Source of the DNA: Candidatus Atabeyarchaeum deiterrae
GTDB lineage: Archaea > Asgardarchaeota > Atabeyarchaeia > Atabeyarchaeales > Atabeyarchaeaceae
Length of the DNA stretch: 64,000 nucleotides
Assembly: GCA_037310415.1 (NCBI GenBank)
Contig: CP147780.1
Coordinates: 1,920,001 to 1,984,000, forward strand
Direction of reading: 5' to 3'
Under the pieces are notes generated by a model that saw only the letters and a list, made by a program, of their open reading frames with translations, made no database searches and was not told the origin of the DNA. Below, piece by piece: positions 29,319 to 39,367 of this stretch. Position 1 is the stretch's first letter, and each line of letters starts with the position of its first letter. Made by a program: the position numbers and the translations under genes.

Positions 29319-30485
29319 ATGGAAAACAAGCTAAGGGCAATCAAATCAGCTCCAAGTAAGGAAGAGTTAGCTGGAAGACTCGAAAAAGTCAGAAACCTAA
29401 TGAAAAAGCAGAAATTGGACTACTATGTTTCCTTCGATCCAGTGAACATTTACTACCTAACCAATTTCGCGAACTATGTGCACGAGCGTCCCTTCGTCCT
29501 TGTAATTCCAAAAGAAGGGACCATGAAATTCGTTGTTCCTCTATTGGAAGCCACGCATGTAAGAACAAGGGCCAAATGTGACCTTGAACTAATCGAATAC
29601 TTTGAATTCCCAGCGCCAGAGGGAGAAAACTGGTACGATCGATATCATGGCCTGATCGAAAAGGACGCTCGAGTAGGCGTTGAGCCTGCAATGACGCTAA
29701 AAGTCTATGACAAGACTCCTGGAAAGAAGATCACAACGGATATCATTGACGAAGTGCGACTCATAAAAACCGATTATGAAATCGGTCGGACCGTGCACGC
29801 GTGTAGCGTCATAAGCAAAGGTCACGAGAAGCTGCTTGAGGTGTGTCGTCCTGGAGTGCCATTGTTCAAGGTATACAGCGAAGTCTCAAATTACATGATG
29901 ACAAGAATTTTGGGAGATATGCCAAACCTTAACCCCCTAGTCTCCAAACCTCAAGCTTACGCCTTACCTCCGAGTCTGTCTCACGACCCACATAACATGA
30001 CAAACATCTTCTTCGCGATGGAAAAAGGAGGACCCCACGTTTCAGGCGTAGGAGGCCAAATAGACGGCTATGGAGTAGAACTAGAAAGAAGTTTCTTCCT
30101 AGGCACGGTACCTGAGAAAGCAAGAGATCCTTATGGTGCCATGATGGAGAGTCGCTCCAAAGCGTACGAACTTGCAAAGCCAGGGGGCAATTTTAGCGAC
30201 ATTGATGCGGCAGTTCGCAAGGTATTGAAAGAAAGAGGTTACGTGGATAGAATCCTTCACCGTACCGGACACGGTTTGGGAATCACCGGGCACGAAGGAC
30301 CTTTTCTAGCTTTGGGATACGATCGGGAACTCCAAGCAGGCATGATTGTCAGCATCGAACCAGGTATCTATATTCCAGGTGTGGGAGGTTTTCGGCATTC
30401 TGATACTGTCTTAATTACGGATGAGGGGAATGTCCGCCTAACCGAAGCTCCTGATACACTTGAGGAACTGACAATCTCTCTCTAA
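29319..30485 (+). CDS. M24 family Xaa-Pro peptidase/creatinase-like protein
   Basis: HRTGHGLGITGHEGP, SIEPGIY and GGFRHSDT; several canonical metal ligands appear substituted. Confidence 0.85.
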   Translation: MENKLRAIKSAPSKEELAGRLEKVRNLMKKQKLDYYVSFDPVNIYYLTNFANYVHERPFVLVIPKEGTMKFVVPLLEATHVRTRAKCDLELIEYFEFPAPEGENWYDRYHGLIEKDARVGVEPAMTLKVYDKTPGKKITTDIIDEVRLIKTDYEIGRTVHACSVISKGHEKLLEVCRPGVPLFKVYSEVSNYMMTRILGDMPNLNPLVSKPQAYALPPSLSHDPHNMTNIFFAMEKGGPHVSGVGGQIDGYGVELERSFFLGTVPEKARDPYGAMMESRSKAYELAKPGGNFSDIDAAVRKVLKERGYVDRILHRTGHGLGITGHEGPFLALGYDRELQAGMIVSIEPGIYIPGVGGFRHSDTVLITDEGNVRLTEAPDTLEELTISL

Positions 30486-30690
30486 TACAAGTTAGACGTG
30501 AAAGAGTACATTGCCGCGCAATGATCGCGGCACTTCGAAGCGCCTCGTTTGAAATGCATTTGAACCGTCGAATTCATCTCACAGGTCTCAGATGCCCAGC
30601 TGAGCCGTGGGTAAGTCTGCAATGCTTACGATGATGACGTGGAAGATCACGCCCATTCTCTGCGAAGTTCCTCCTGTTTAGGTTGCGCAG

Positions 30691-31629
30691 TTGCACAATG
30701 AAAGAACAATCAAAAAACAGATTGCCATTATTCTAGGCATGATCTTATATCTTGATTTCACCCGAGTACGTTCCATCCAGCTGACGGCCGGGCCCCCGTC
30801 ACGCTGGAACTGTGAGAAGGAACCCGAAAGGAGGGAATCGGTCAAAATAGAGGGAATACTTGGGAACTTCGCTAAAACAGTGAATTCTTTCGTGAATTCC
30901 GCTAAGGGTCTGAATGGTAAGAAAATTGCTGTAGCCCTTTTTTTGGGTATGGCAGTCGGGGGATTGGTGTTAGGAGGGACGGTGGCGATCGTTCGGATGC
31001 AGCAGAATCATGCGGTTCAACTTGATAATTCCGTTTCTCAGTTGAATACGCATGGCATTGGTCAGCAAACCTGTGCGTCAGCGCCAGGTGGAGGCTCGCC
31101 ACAGGATTTGAGGACGGATGAGATCGTGCCGGTATCGGAATGTAAGAATGTTTACGGTTTGAACACCGAACAAGGCACGATCGAGGTCGTAGATTCCTGG
31201 ATTAGTGATCCTCTGCCGCTTTGCATCAGCAACGACACTGTTAGCTCGTGGTACGCTTTACTCGACGTACGTGGTGGCTACACACCGTATGATGGGTTCG
31301 TTTGCGTCCAGCAGAAGGGCGACTGGGCAGGGAAGATATACCTGTCCTGGCAGTACGTGGAGCATCTTCCATGCTGCGCTGATGAATGGAAGCTCACGTA
31401 CTATGTAAAACAGCCATTCTGCCTCGACAGCAACCAATACCCGCAGTTCATTGGAGACGCTGTGATAGCGCCAACCGGGCAGCAGACGATACCTGGCAAA
31501 GAGGTAAATCTGTACTACGAGTCGTTCTGGAAGGGGTGTCACCAACCGAACCAGTTCTTCACGATAATATCGGCACAAAAAGATCTCGAGTTCTTTGATA
31601 TCCTCCCTTCCCCCCAATCCCCTTTGTAA
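30691..31629 (+). CDS. Orphan exported Cys-rich protein (start uncertain, possibly a GTG near 30880)
   Basis: KK followed by the hydrophobic segment IAVALFLGMAVGGLVLGGTVAIV, then a beta-rich region with 8 Cys. Confidence 0.65.
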   Translation: MHNERTIKKQIAIILGMILYLDFTRVRSIQLTAGPPSRWNCEKEPERRESVKIEGILGNFAKTVNSFVNSAKGLNGKKIAVALFLGMAVGGLVLGGTVAIVRMQQNHAVQLDNSVSQLNTHGIGQQTCASAPGGGSPQDLRTDEIVPVSECKNVYGLNTEQGTIEVVDSWISDPLPLCISNDTVSSWYALLDVRGGYTPYDGFVCVQQKGDWAGKIYLSWQYVEHLPCCADEWKLTYYVKQPFCLDSNQYPQFIGDAVIAPTGQQTIPGKEVNLYYESFWKGCHQPNQFFTIISAQKDLEFFDILPSPQSPL

Positions 31630-31786
31630 CTCTAGGTCCTCCGATGACTGCACCTGCCTATCGGCTTTTCTTGGTGGTGACCAAGAGCTGCTAGTTCAGA
31701 GGTACTCTGGATGCCACAGAAAACCTAGAGCCTAGTAAAACCGCAGAGGATAACAAGATCTTCCGCGTAACCGCCGCGCGCGGAAG
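31630..31786. other. Multi-stem structured intergenic element (candidate ncRNA or bidirectional terminator)
   Basis: Outer stem CTCTAGGT/ACCTAGAG encloses three hairpins; a separate CTTCCGCG/CGCGGAAG hairpin follows. Confidence 0.45.
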
Positions 31787-31792
31787 TTCTCT

Positions 31793-32704
31793 TCAAGAAT
31801 GTTCTTTGGGATCTTCCCTCGTGCTTCCAGGAAGAGATTCTTCCCCCGCTCCCCCGGTCTCCGCCGTGCAGTACTCCACGCGTTCCAACAGGTTCCTGAG
31901 CCTTTCTTTCCTTGGCAGACACTCTTCCTGCAATTGTCTGAGACTACCCACGCTTTTCTGCAACTGTTCTATGCTCAGTTTGTCTTCTTTAAGGTCTTCT
32001 TCGACCTTCAATTCGCATTCTTTGAGAGGCAATTCGCTATCTACCTGCTTCGTCTTTGTCTCTAGAATTTCGTCGATTCCTGATGCTCTTTTCAGTATGC
32101 CATTGAGTTCCGGTTCTGCGACCTTCAACATGTTCCTGTATTTCTCTATGAGCTGGTTCCATCCTCCTGCGCTCGCCTGTTCTCCTGATCTTGGCTCTGC
32201 CAGCTCCTTAGTTCTGAGTTCTTTCGCCTTCACAAGTCGTTTCCTGACCATTTCGAATTTACTCTCGAAGGAATCGCCGACTTGCTTCAGTTCCTCGTCT
32301 AGCTTGTCGAATTGGCCCTTCACTTCATCTTGCGGATTGCGGGTATTCTCTTCTGTGGAATTGGTGACCTGAGTTGTTTTGGTGAAGACCTGAATCTGCA
32401 TTCCTTCATCTTGCTTTATTCTTTTCATCTGCCTCTGTCTTTCTCGTGCTATCCTCTCTGCTACCTTTTCCCCTGCAAATCTCAGTAGCTCGTCAGTGAT
32501 CTTATCAGAAGGTTTCAGTTCTGCGATATACTTGTAGGAGACAGGCTTGCTAAATCTCATGCAGTCATTCTTCTTGCACAGAGCGACTACGCTTCCGGCT
32601 TTCAACTCGAACTTCTCTGCCAGGTCGCATGAGGCACAACTTTGTGGAAGATCGAATAGTCTAACGCCGATCGGTTCTTTCCAGTCTCTTTCAGAATCAG
32701 ACAT
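31793..32704 (-). CDS. Coiled-coil protein with an N-terminal four-Cys motif
   Basis: C-x2-C-x16-C-x4-C, then long E/K/L-rich heptads; AGGAGG SD sequence upstream. Confidence 0.7.
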   Translation of the reverse strand: MSDSERDWKEPIGVRLFDLPQSCASCDLAEKFELKAGSVVALCKKNDCMRFSKPVSYKYIAELKPSDKITDELLRFAGEKVAERIARERQRQMKRIKQDEGMQIQVFTKTTQVTNSTEENTRNPQDEVKGQFDKLDEELKQVGDSFESKFEMVRKRLVKAKELRTKELAEPRSGEQASAGGWNQLIEKYRNMLKVAEPELNGILKRASGIDEILETKTKQVDSELPLKECELKVEEDLKEDKLSIEQLQKSVGSLRQLQEECLPRKERLRNLLERVEYCTAETGGAGEESLPGSTREDPKEHS

Positions 32705-32979
32705 TTATTTCCCACTCCTCCTACCGACTGTAGGAGAATCCTCGTTCCCTCATATGGGGATATGTTGCGAAATCCAGAAAAATCTTCCGATTGAAAATGC
32801 CGAGCATGGCGGACGATAACGATCTGTTCCCATTTTGTCGTTCAGATTAGGAAATATACTAATAGGCGGGGGAGCGATCTTTAATTCGAAGGGGGACAGT
32901 TCGGCGTTCAGCTTCTGAGTCAGCAGAACTTATATGATTTCTTAGACATAGTTTGAACTCAGAGGACGGAGGACTGTGA

Positions 32980-33255
32980 GTGAGCTTGAAGAGCTGTCCG
33001 AAATGCGGGGGCCTAATGGAGAAAAAAGGTAGGGGAACAGATCATAATCTGCGCGTCGAGGATCGAAGCGTGCTGAGGGTCACCCATGAAAGAAGGCTTG
33101 TAGTCAAAGCGATTCGACCATTGATGTACGTTTGCGGGAAGTGCGGATACTTAGAGTTCTACGTCCCAACAGGGTCCGGCAATGCAGCAAAGAAGGGAAA
33201 GAAAGGTGGTCTTGGCAAGAGGCTGACCCATGACGACAGCCAGTACTTCACCTGA
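32980..33255 (+). CDS. Small zinc-ribbon protein
   Basis: CPKCGGLMEK...YVCGKCGYLEFY; GGAGG SD sequence. Confidence 0.75.
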   Translation: MSLKSCPKCGGLMEKKGRGTDHNLRVEDRSVLRVTHERRLVVKAIRPLMYVCGKCGYLEFYVPTGSGNAAKKGKKGGLGKRLTHDDSQYFT

Positions 33256-33495
33256 AGTGTCGGACTTCCGTCTGAAGCTACCTTCCGCTTAACCGGAAAA
33301 GCGCCAGTTTGCCAGTGTCCCCACACAGCATAACTCGTTCAGTTTAGGGGATCCGGTATTATCAAAGTTTTCAGTCAAGTTCCTGTTACAAGCAGATAGA
33401 TACAATAAGCTTTCAATATTAACATTACAACCAATAGATCCTGAACGGGATAAGGTCGTCCAAACATGATGGGACGCCCAATGTGAGGGATAGCG

Positions 33496-34809
33496 TTGAG
33501 AGGTAAGCGAATTGTTTTGATCGGTGCTGGAAGCGCTCAGTTCGGTATCGGCACGGTTGCCGATATTCTCATAAGCAAAGTGCTCAACGGGAGCACCATT
33601 GTTCTTCATGATATCAACCCGAACTCATTGGAAATGGTACGTCGAGCCTGTCAGATCGCGATAGACGAGACGAAAGCGGACTTCTCACTAGAGGCAACAA
33701 CCTCTCGTTCTGAGGCGCTTATGGGCGCCGACTTCGTCATCATATCTATTGAGGTTGGAGACAGGTTCAAACTCTGGGAGCAAGATTTCGAAATCCCACG
33801 CAAATATGGAAATAGACAAATATATGGGGAGAATGGTGGACCAGGAGGACTCTTCCACTCACTGAGAATTATCCCTCCGATGGTTGAGATTTGCGCGGAT
33901 ATCGAGAAGATCTGTCCCAGTGCATGGGTGTTCAACTTCAGCAACCCAATGAGCAGGGTCTGCCTAGCAGTCAAGAGAAAGTTTAGAAGCAGACTGAAGT
34001 TTGTCGGCCTTTGCCACGGAATATACAACTTGGTTCTATTCCTAACGCCAATGCTTAACACTCCTTTCGCGAACTTGGACATCAAAGCAGGCGGTTTAAA
34101 CCACTTTGGGGTACTCCTTGAAGCGACTTACAAGGACACCGGAAAGGATGCTTACCCCGACATAAGGAAGAAAGCGCCCGACTACCTCAAAAACGCCGTG
34201 AAGGTCAACTTTGTAAAGCAAATCATGAGGATCTACGGCTACTTGCCCTACGTTACTGATAGCCACTTCGGCGAATATGTTAACTGGTCATGGGAGTGGG
34301 TCGATGCAGACGGAATCAAGAGAGATTATGAGGACTACAAGCTGCAGTGCTCCGAGTCTAAGCGTGATCTCAAGAGAATAGTTGAGGGAAAGAAATACCT
34401 CAAGACTTGGCTTAAACCATCGGGCGAACGTGTAATCCCTATCATAGAGGGGATAATTACCGACTCGAAGCAATATGAGTTAGCAGCCAATCTGCCAAAC
34501 AGTGAAGGTATAATCGAAAACCTCCCGCGGGATGTCGTTGTTGAGTGTCCAGCGACAGTCGACAAGAACGGAGTTCATGGGATCAAACTCGGCGAACTAC
34601 CGAATGGAATTGCTGCATTGATGAATACGCAGGCATCGGTTCAAGATTTATCTGTTGAAGCAGCTCTCAGCGGATCCAGGGAGTTGGCTCTGCAAGCGCT
34701 ACTCGCCGACCCAGTAGTAGACAGCCTTAGCGGCGCTGAGAAAATGTTGGATGAAATCCTCCAACTTCAACGAGACCACTTGCCACTGTTTAACGGGCGG
34801 ACAAAATGA
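33496..34809 (+). CDS. Glycoside hydrolase family 4 (NAD+/Mn2+-dependent alpha-galactosidase/alpha-glucosidase)
   Basis: IGAGS, ENGGPGG, NFSNPM, GLCHG, GLNHF and QALLADP motifs. Confidence 0.92.
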   Translation: MRGKRIVLIGAGSAQFGIGTVADILISKVLNGSTIVLHDINPNSLEMVRRACQIAIDETKADFSLEATTSRSEALMGADFVIISIEVGDRFKLWEQDFEIPRKYGNRQIYGENGGPGGLFHSLRIIPPMVEICADIEKICPSAWVFNFSNPMSRVCLAVKRKFRSRLKFVGLCHGIYNLVLFLTPMLNTPFANLDIKAGGLNHFGVLLEATYKDTGKDAYPDIRKKAPDYLKNAVKVNFVKQIMRIYGYLPYVTDSHFGEYVNWSWEWVDADGIKRDYEDYKLQCSESKRDLKRIVEGKKYLKTWLKPSGERVIPIIEGIITDSKQYELAANLPNSEGIIENLPRDVVVECPATVDKNGVHGIKLGELPNGIAALMNTQASVQDLSVEAALSGSRELALQALLADPVVDSLSGAEKMLDEILQLQRDHLPLFNGRTK

Positions 34810-35029
34810 GTCGAGCCTTGACTAACGTGGGTTAGTATCCAGAAGAATAGAAGAAGGGTTCGACCTACTTCTCAATGACTCATTGTCTCTTTGCCTTTCT
34901 GCCATACAATTTCTCCAGCGCAGCAAAATCTGGGTCAATGTTCGTGGTGCCTACAGAGGGTAACTCACCTTGGGAATAAGGTAAGACGTGAGCGAAGCGT
35001 TATTAGAGTCGACAACAACTGGTTTGATT

Positions 35030-35383
35030 ATGGGTAATTCAAAACAAGTAGATGAGTTTGTGAAGAGTAGGGTTTTACCCCGATTTCATGGCATAGTGGC
35101 AATGATACGGGAGCTGATGCGTGATATGGCTCCAGACGCCAAGGAATTAATAAGTTATGGGATACCTGTGTGGAAACGCAACAAAATGCTTGCCGTAATC
35201 AGTCCCACCAAGAAAGATATTACATTCGCCTTCTCACGTGGCGCGGAATTTAAGGACAAATATGGTTTGCTGCAGGGTGTTGGCAAGGTATCAAAACATG
35301 TAAAGATCAAGAGTCTGGATGAAGTAAACAAAGAGGCGCTCAAATACTACATAAAACAAGCTTTGGAATTAGATGCTAAGTAG
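35030..35383 (+). CDS. DUF1801 (YdhG-like) protein
   Basis: ISYGIPVW, FSRGAEFKDKYGLLQGVGK..KHVKI. Confidence 0.85.
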   Translation: MGNSKQVDEFVKSRVLPRFHGIVAMIRELMRDMAPDAKELISYGIPVWKRNKMLAVISPTKKDITFAFSRGAEFKDKYGLLQGVGKVSKHVKIKSLDEVNKEALKYYIKQALELDAK

Positions 35384-35567
35384 GCTCCTTTATCGTCTCA
35401 ACAACGTGTTTTCTGAAACTCTGTTCACAAAAATGCGCAGGGGCAATTGCTTTATCACGGAGATTTCGTTCGCATGTCATTCTGCGCGGTGGCGATTAGG
35501 TGCAATTGTGAATTTTCGATGCTATTCAAAGTATTAGAAAAAAGAACAATATCCAGTTGGGTAGAAC

Positions 35568-36257
35568 TTGGAAGGTAGATGTATGATCTTTGCCCCCCAT
35601 CCCGATGACGAGATATTGGGATGCTTTGGAGCAATTATGTCTCATCCCAACAGGGAAGACGTGGCAGTGGTTTACATGACTTCTGGAGAGCGAGGAGACA
35701 GCTCCATATCGCCTCTCCTAGAAAAGGAGACGAGGGAGCAAGAAGCGAAAGAAGTCATGTCAGTTCTGGGAATCCGGAGGCACTATTTTCTGGGTCTCCC
35801 TGATGGAGGACTTGAGCACGATTCGCGCACAATGAATGTTGTTGCCGATGTTATTGCAAAAGATGATCCTGCCTATGTTTACGCTCCAAACGAAAGGGAG
35901 CCGCACAGAGATCATAAAAATGCGTACAAGGTCATAAGTGGGGCACTTCAATCTTTGGCATCAGATAGCAAGCATTTTGAGGCCAGATATTATGAGGTCT
36001 GGATGACTTTGGAGAAGTTCAACCTTGTTGTCGATATCTCATCTCTCGCTGAGACCAAGAGAAAAGTCATCAGGATGTATGAATCCCAACTGAAGCACAT
36101 TAGGTATGATGAAGAGATTCTCTCCTTAAACAGACATAGGGGAACCACAACCAAGAAAGGAAGCTACTGTGAAGTCTACGACTGTTACAGAATCTACTCG
36201 AAAAAGGCGCAGAGAATACGATTCAGGAAACAAGAGATCCTCGGCAATGTTCTGTGA
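35568..36257 (+). CDS. PIG-L/LmbE family deacetylase
   Basis: APHPDDE, TSGERG, REQEA, HRDH and YESQ motifs. Confidence 0.9.
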   Translation: MEGRCMIFAPHPDDEILGCFGAIMSHPNREDVAVVYMTSGERGDSSISPLLEKETREQEAKEVMSVLGIRRHYFLGLPDGGLEHDSRTMNVVADVIAKDDPAYVYAPNEREPHRDHKNAYKVISGALQSLASDSKHFEARYYEVWMTLEKFNLVVDISSLAETKRKVIRMYESQLKHIRYDEEILSLNRHRGTTTKKGSYCEVYDCYRIYSKKAQRIRFRKQEILGNVL

Positions 36258-36437
36258 CACTACCTGCCCTTGCGAGTGCAAAACCAGGTGAAATGGAGAG
36301 AGCACAAAGTTTCCTATATGGAACCAAAGTGGAAGCAGAATGTGCCATATGGTTGGCATAACGAGCCTCAATGTGCTCTAGCCCTTGATTTTTGAACTAA
36401 GATACTCACAACATTCGTTCGAAGCGCTCGGGTGCTT

Positions 36438-38633
36438 CTAGGGTGATACTTCCACCCAGATGGGTCCAGAGTAGGCGGTGCGACCATTTTGCCCAACTAC
36501 GCGAATGAGGTAGAAGTCAGCTCCTCCAGTGTTTAGCGTGCTCGGGTCTATCGGATTGTCACTGTACTGGTTTATGTAGTAATGCCCATCCCTTAGAACA
36601 CAGTTACCAATCCCGTAGGACGTACCTGTGACTGGAGCGGTGTCGAGGAACGTAAGGTTTGCCACCGGCCCGTTTATTGATATCTCCTTCAGCAGGTTAC
36701 CATTCTTGAAGATCTGGACAGAAGCCTGCCAGTCGGGTACCCAGTTGGGGGTAACCGACGCTGCATAGGGCCGTATGTTGGCTGCGGGGGCTCCGTCTTG
36801 CGCGATTACGACGCTTATTTCCCTAGCAAGAGACGCATTCGTTACCGTCAGCGTTGAGCCATCGCCGACACGCGTTCCATTGATAGTGAAGCTAATGTAA
36901 GGTCTTCCATGGTCGGAAGACGCATAGATCCGCTGGTTTTCTAGGCCGTCGAAAACTGAATTTCGGGTAAGGTTGAATGCGTAAACCGCTGTGATCCCTC
37001 CCGGGCAAGGCATAGAAATCCGGTTATGCCACGTAGTCCAAGGTCGTTGGTGACCTATGTAAGCATCAGTATGGGCGAGTGAGTGCCCTGGATGCCCGTC
37101 ATGCTCGTCAGCCGAAGCATACATGACCACTCGGTAACCCATCTTGAATGCATCCATGATGCAGGTTCCAGGCGTGTACACAGGCGGTGCATCGCCACAA
37201 GGACGGATGACAAATGGATCGCGTTGTTCGAACAAACTCTCTCCATGGACAGACGTGACCTCTGCGGTCTTGACGTACTTAGGGTTGATGTAGGTCCAGT
37301 CCTCTATGTATCCTAGCTTCGTTGTGTGGTGAGGTAGCGCTAGCGCCTGACAGCCGGTGGAGCCTGTGAAATCATCGAGAAGGTTCCAAAGTTCCTGTGT
37401 GGTGGGAATTGTCATGTACGAGATAATGGGGTTTCTGGGCAACTTGTCTCCGCTGAAGATGCATGTGTAGTGTCCTGTGCTTGTCTGAGTCCATTCAGTC
37501 CCTTGGAGTGCAACGAAGCTCCCAGGATCATAGACGAGATTCGTAACCCGTTCAGAGTAATCCAATGCGCCAAGCTCGAACAGCATGGTTTCACCATGAT
37601 CGGTCAGCGCATCATAGTCCAAGCAAGCCACATATCTTGCATAGTAGTAATGGTGCTCAGGTGTTCCTGTTCCGTCAGAGAGCGCTGAGTGGCCGTGGAC
37701 ATCCCCCCAGTAGATCTTGGGAACAGAACTTGAGAAATTGGCAACTAAGATGGGATTGCTCCAGTAGGTGTTTCGAGTAACAGAGTCATTCACGAGAAGA
37801 TAGTGGATTCCAGGAGTGTTTATCATAGCTGCGAATACGTGGAGTCCGTTGTCTCTCCCATCGCGGATCTCATACGCGATGTCGCTGCCGAAGGGCTGCC
37901 CAGTGAACATGTAGTCCCCAGGCAGGGTTGCATTCACCGAAGGGATTTGATTGAGCGTGGTGAGATTGAATGACCTTACGGAGAACTGGACAGTCCCCCA
38001 GTAGACCGCGCTTAGCCTCTCATAGGCATCCCATGCTTCGACAGTGACTGGAAAACTGGTACCAACGTCCACAGTAGAGGGTGAGTGGACCCAGAGCAGA
38101 CGAGGGTTATTGTCAAGCAATACTCCAGGGTTTATGCTGGCTGTGCACCAGACTACTGTCGGCACCAAGACGACCATCAAGGCGAGGGAAACCTTAGCAT
38201 ATCTCGGCATCTTCTTACCCAGCCTGCCAAACCACCCTGGTGCTGTGCCCTTCCGCGGGCTTCGCCTCTGCCAGAGCTTGAACACAGCAAACGTGGCGAG
38301 GTAGGCTACGATTATGCTAGGCCCGATCGTCATTGCCAAAAGGTTAGACGAAATGTTCGAGCCAACCGACGGATCACTTAGAACATTCAGCACAAGCGTA
38401 CTGATTCCAGCTGTCCACGCCAAAACAAATCCGCCAATTCTCCAAACGGTCCTCCGAAGGAAAATGAAGTAGAGTATCCCGATAGCCAGTCCAATGAAAC
38501 TTAAGAAGAAAAAGGTTGTAGTATAGAACCCATACACGAACGCAACTAGCAGGAGGATCTGGGACGTCCACCGCAGTCCTCTGTGACTTGGTGCAGGGAG
38601 CTTGGTTGACACTTTGTGCGAACCTCTGTGCAT
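36438..38633 (-). CDS. Membrane-anchored DUF3604 (PHP-like metallohydrolase) protein
   Basis: About 5 N-terminal TM helices, then WGDVHGHSALSDG, TDH, EWT, PHH, HGES and DEHDGHPG. Confidence 0.8.
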   Translation of the reverse strand: MHRGSHKVSTKLPAPSHRGLRWTSQILLLVAFVYGFYTTTFFFLSFIGLAIGILYFIFLRRTVWRIGGFVLAWTAGISTLVLNVLSDPSVGSNISSNLLAMTIGPSIIVAYLATFAVFKLWQRRSPRKGTAPGWFGRLGKKMPRYAKVSLALMVVLVPTVVWCTASINPGVLLDNNPRLLWVHSPSTVDVGTSFPVTVEAWDAYERLSAVYWGTVQFSVRSFNLTTLNQIPSVNATLPGDYMFTGQPFGSDIAYEIRDGRDNGLHVFAAMINTPGIHYLLVNDSVTRNTYWSNPILVANFSSSVPKIYWGDVHGHSALSDGTGTPEHHYYYARYVACLDYDALTDHGETMLFELGALDYSERVTNLVYDPGSFVALQGTEWTQTSTGHYTCIFSGDKLPRNPIISYMTIPTTQELWNLLDDFTGSTGCQALALPHHTTKLGYIEDWTYINPKYVKTAEVTSVHGESLFEQRDPFVIRPCGDAPPVYTPGTCIMDAFKMGYRVVMYASADEHDGHPGHSLAHTDAYIGHQRPWTTWHNRISMPCPGGITAVYAFNLTRNSVFDGLENQRIYASSDHGRPYISFTINGTRVGDGSTLTVTNASLAREISVVIAQDGAPAANIRPYAASVTPNWVPDWQASVQIFKNGNLLKEISINGPVANLTFLDTAPVTGTSYGIGNCVLRDGHYYINQYSDNPIDPSTLNTGGADFYLIRVVGQNGRTAYSGPIWVEVSP

Positions 38634-38780
38634 TGTCTTGCTCTCAAATCGAACTAGTTCTCTTATAGTTTCTGTCTTTTATCTTTTTCCAAACGAATAT
38701 AGCGTGATATCGGCCCGGTATAGGCGCATCCTCGAAGGGATGGATGGGCTGTCTGCAGTCAATTGGATTCTACCCGTTCG

Positions 38781-39263
38781 TTATTGTTTCGCATAGTCAG
38801 GTTTGTAACTCGTTCTCGTCAGGTTGGAGCTGCCGGTCGCAACGAGTTTTCCTTCCATATCGTGTATTTCCGCCATTGCATGCAGAATTCTACGACCTTC
38901 ACGTACGATTTGTCCTTTGACTCGAACCCTGTCTCCCACTTTGACTCTTCCAAGATAGTCTACGTGAAAATCTACGCTTATCAGAAATCCTTCGTAACCC
39001 AAGGTCGCGCCTGCTATTCCGATTGTGTCATCCATCATAGCGCATTGCATTCCACCGTGCAGAAGTCCAGTGGGGTTAGCCATTTCGGGGCGGACTAAGA
39101 ATTCCAATTCGAGCTCTCCACGTTTGACGTCTATGATATTTCCATTCAGCCAACTTGAGAAGGGAGACCCAGGGAAAAGTTTCTCCCCCTTGGCCTTCAT
39201 CGTTTTTAGAAATCCTATCATCTGTTCGGATCTTCTTCTAATTCTCTCCTTCTCATCAGACAC
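38781..39263 (-). CDS. PaaI family thioesterase
   Basis: NPTGLLHGG..MMDD hot-dog motif. Confidence 0.9.
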   Translation of the reverse strand: MSDEKERIRRRSEQMIGFLKTMKAKGEKLFPGSPFSSWLNGNIIDVKRGELELEFLVRPEMANPTGLLHGGMQCAMMDDTIGIAGATLGYEGFLISVDFHVDYLGRVKVGDRVRVKGQIVREGRRILHAMAEIHDMEGKLVATGSSNLTRTSYKPDYAKQ

Positions 39264-39367
39264 AGTAAATCTCCTCTCTCATCCTTTTGTCTCATTTTCT
39301 GATACGAATGGGGAAATGAAGAGCCTCTGAAGAAGATAGAGTAACTTGTCCACTGAATTCGTCTTCC

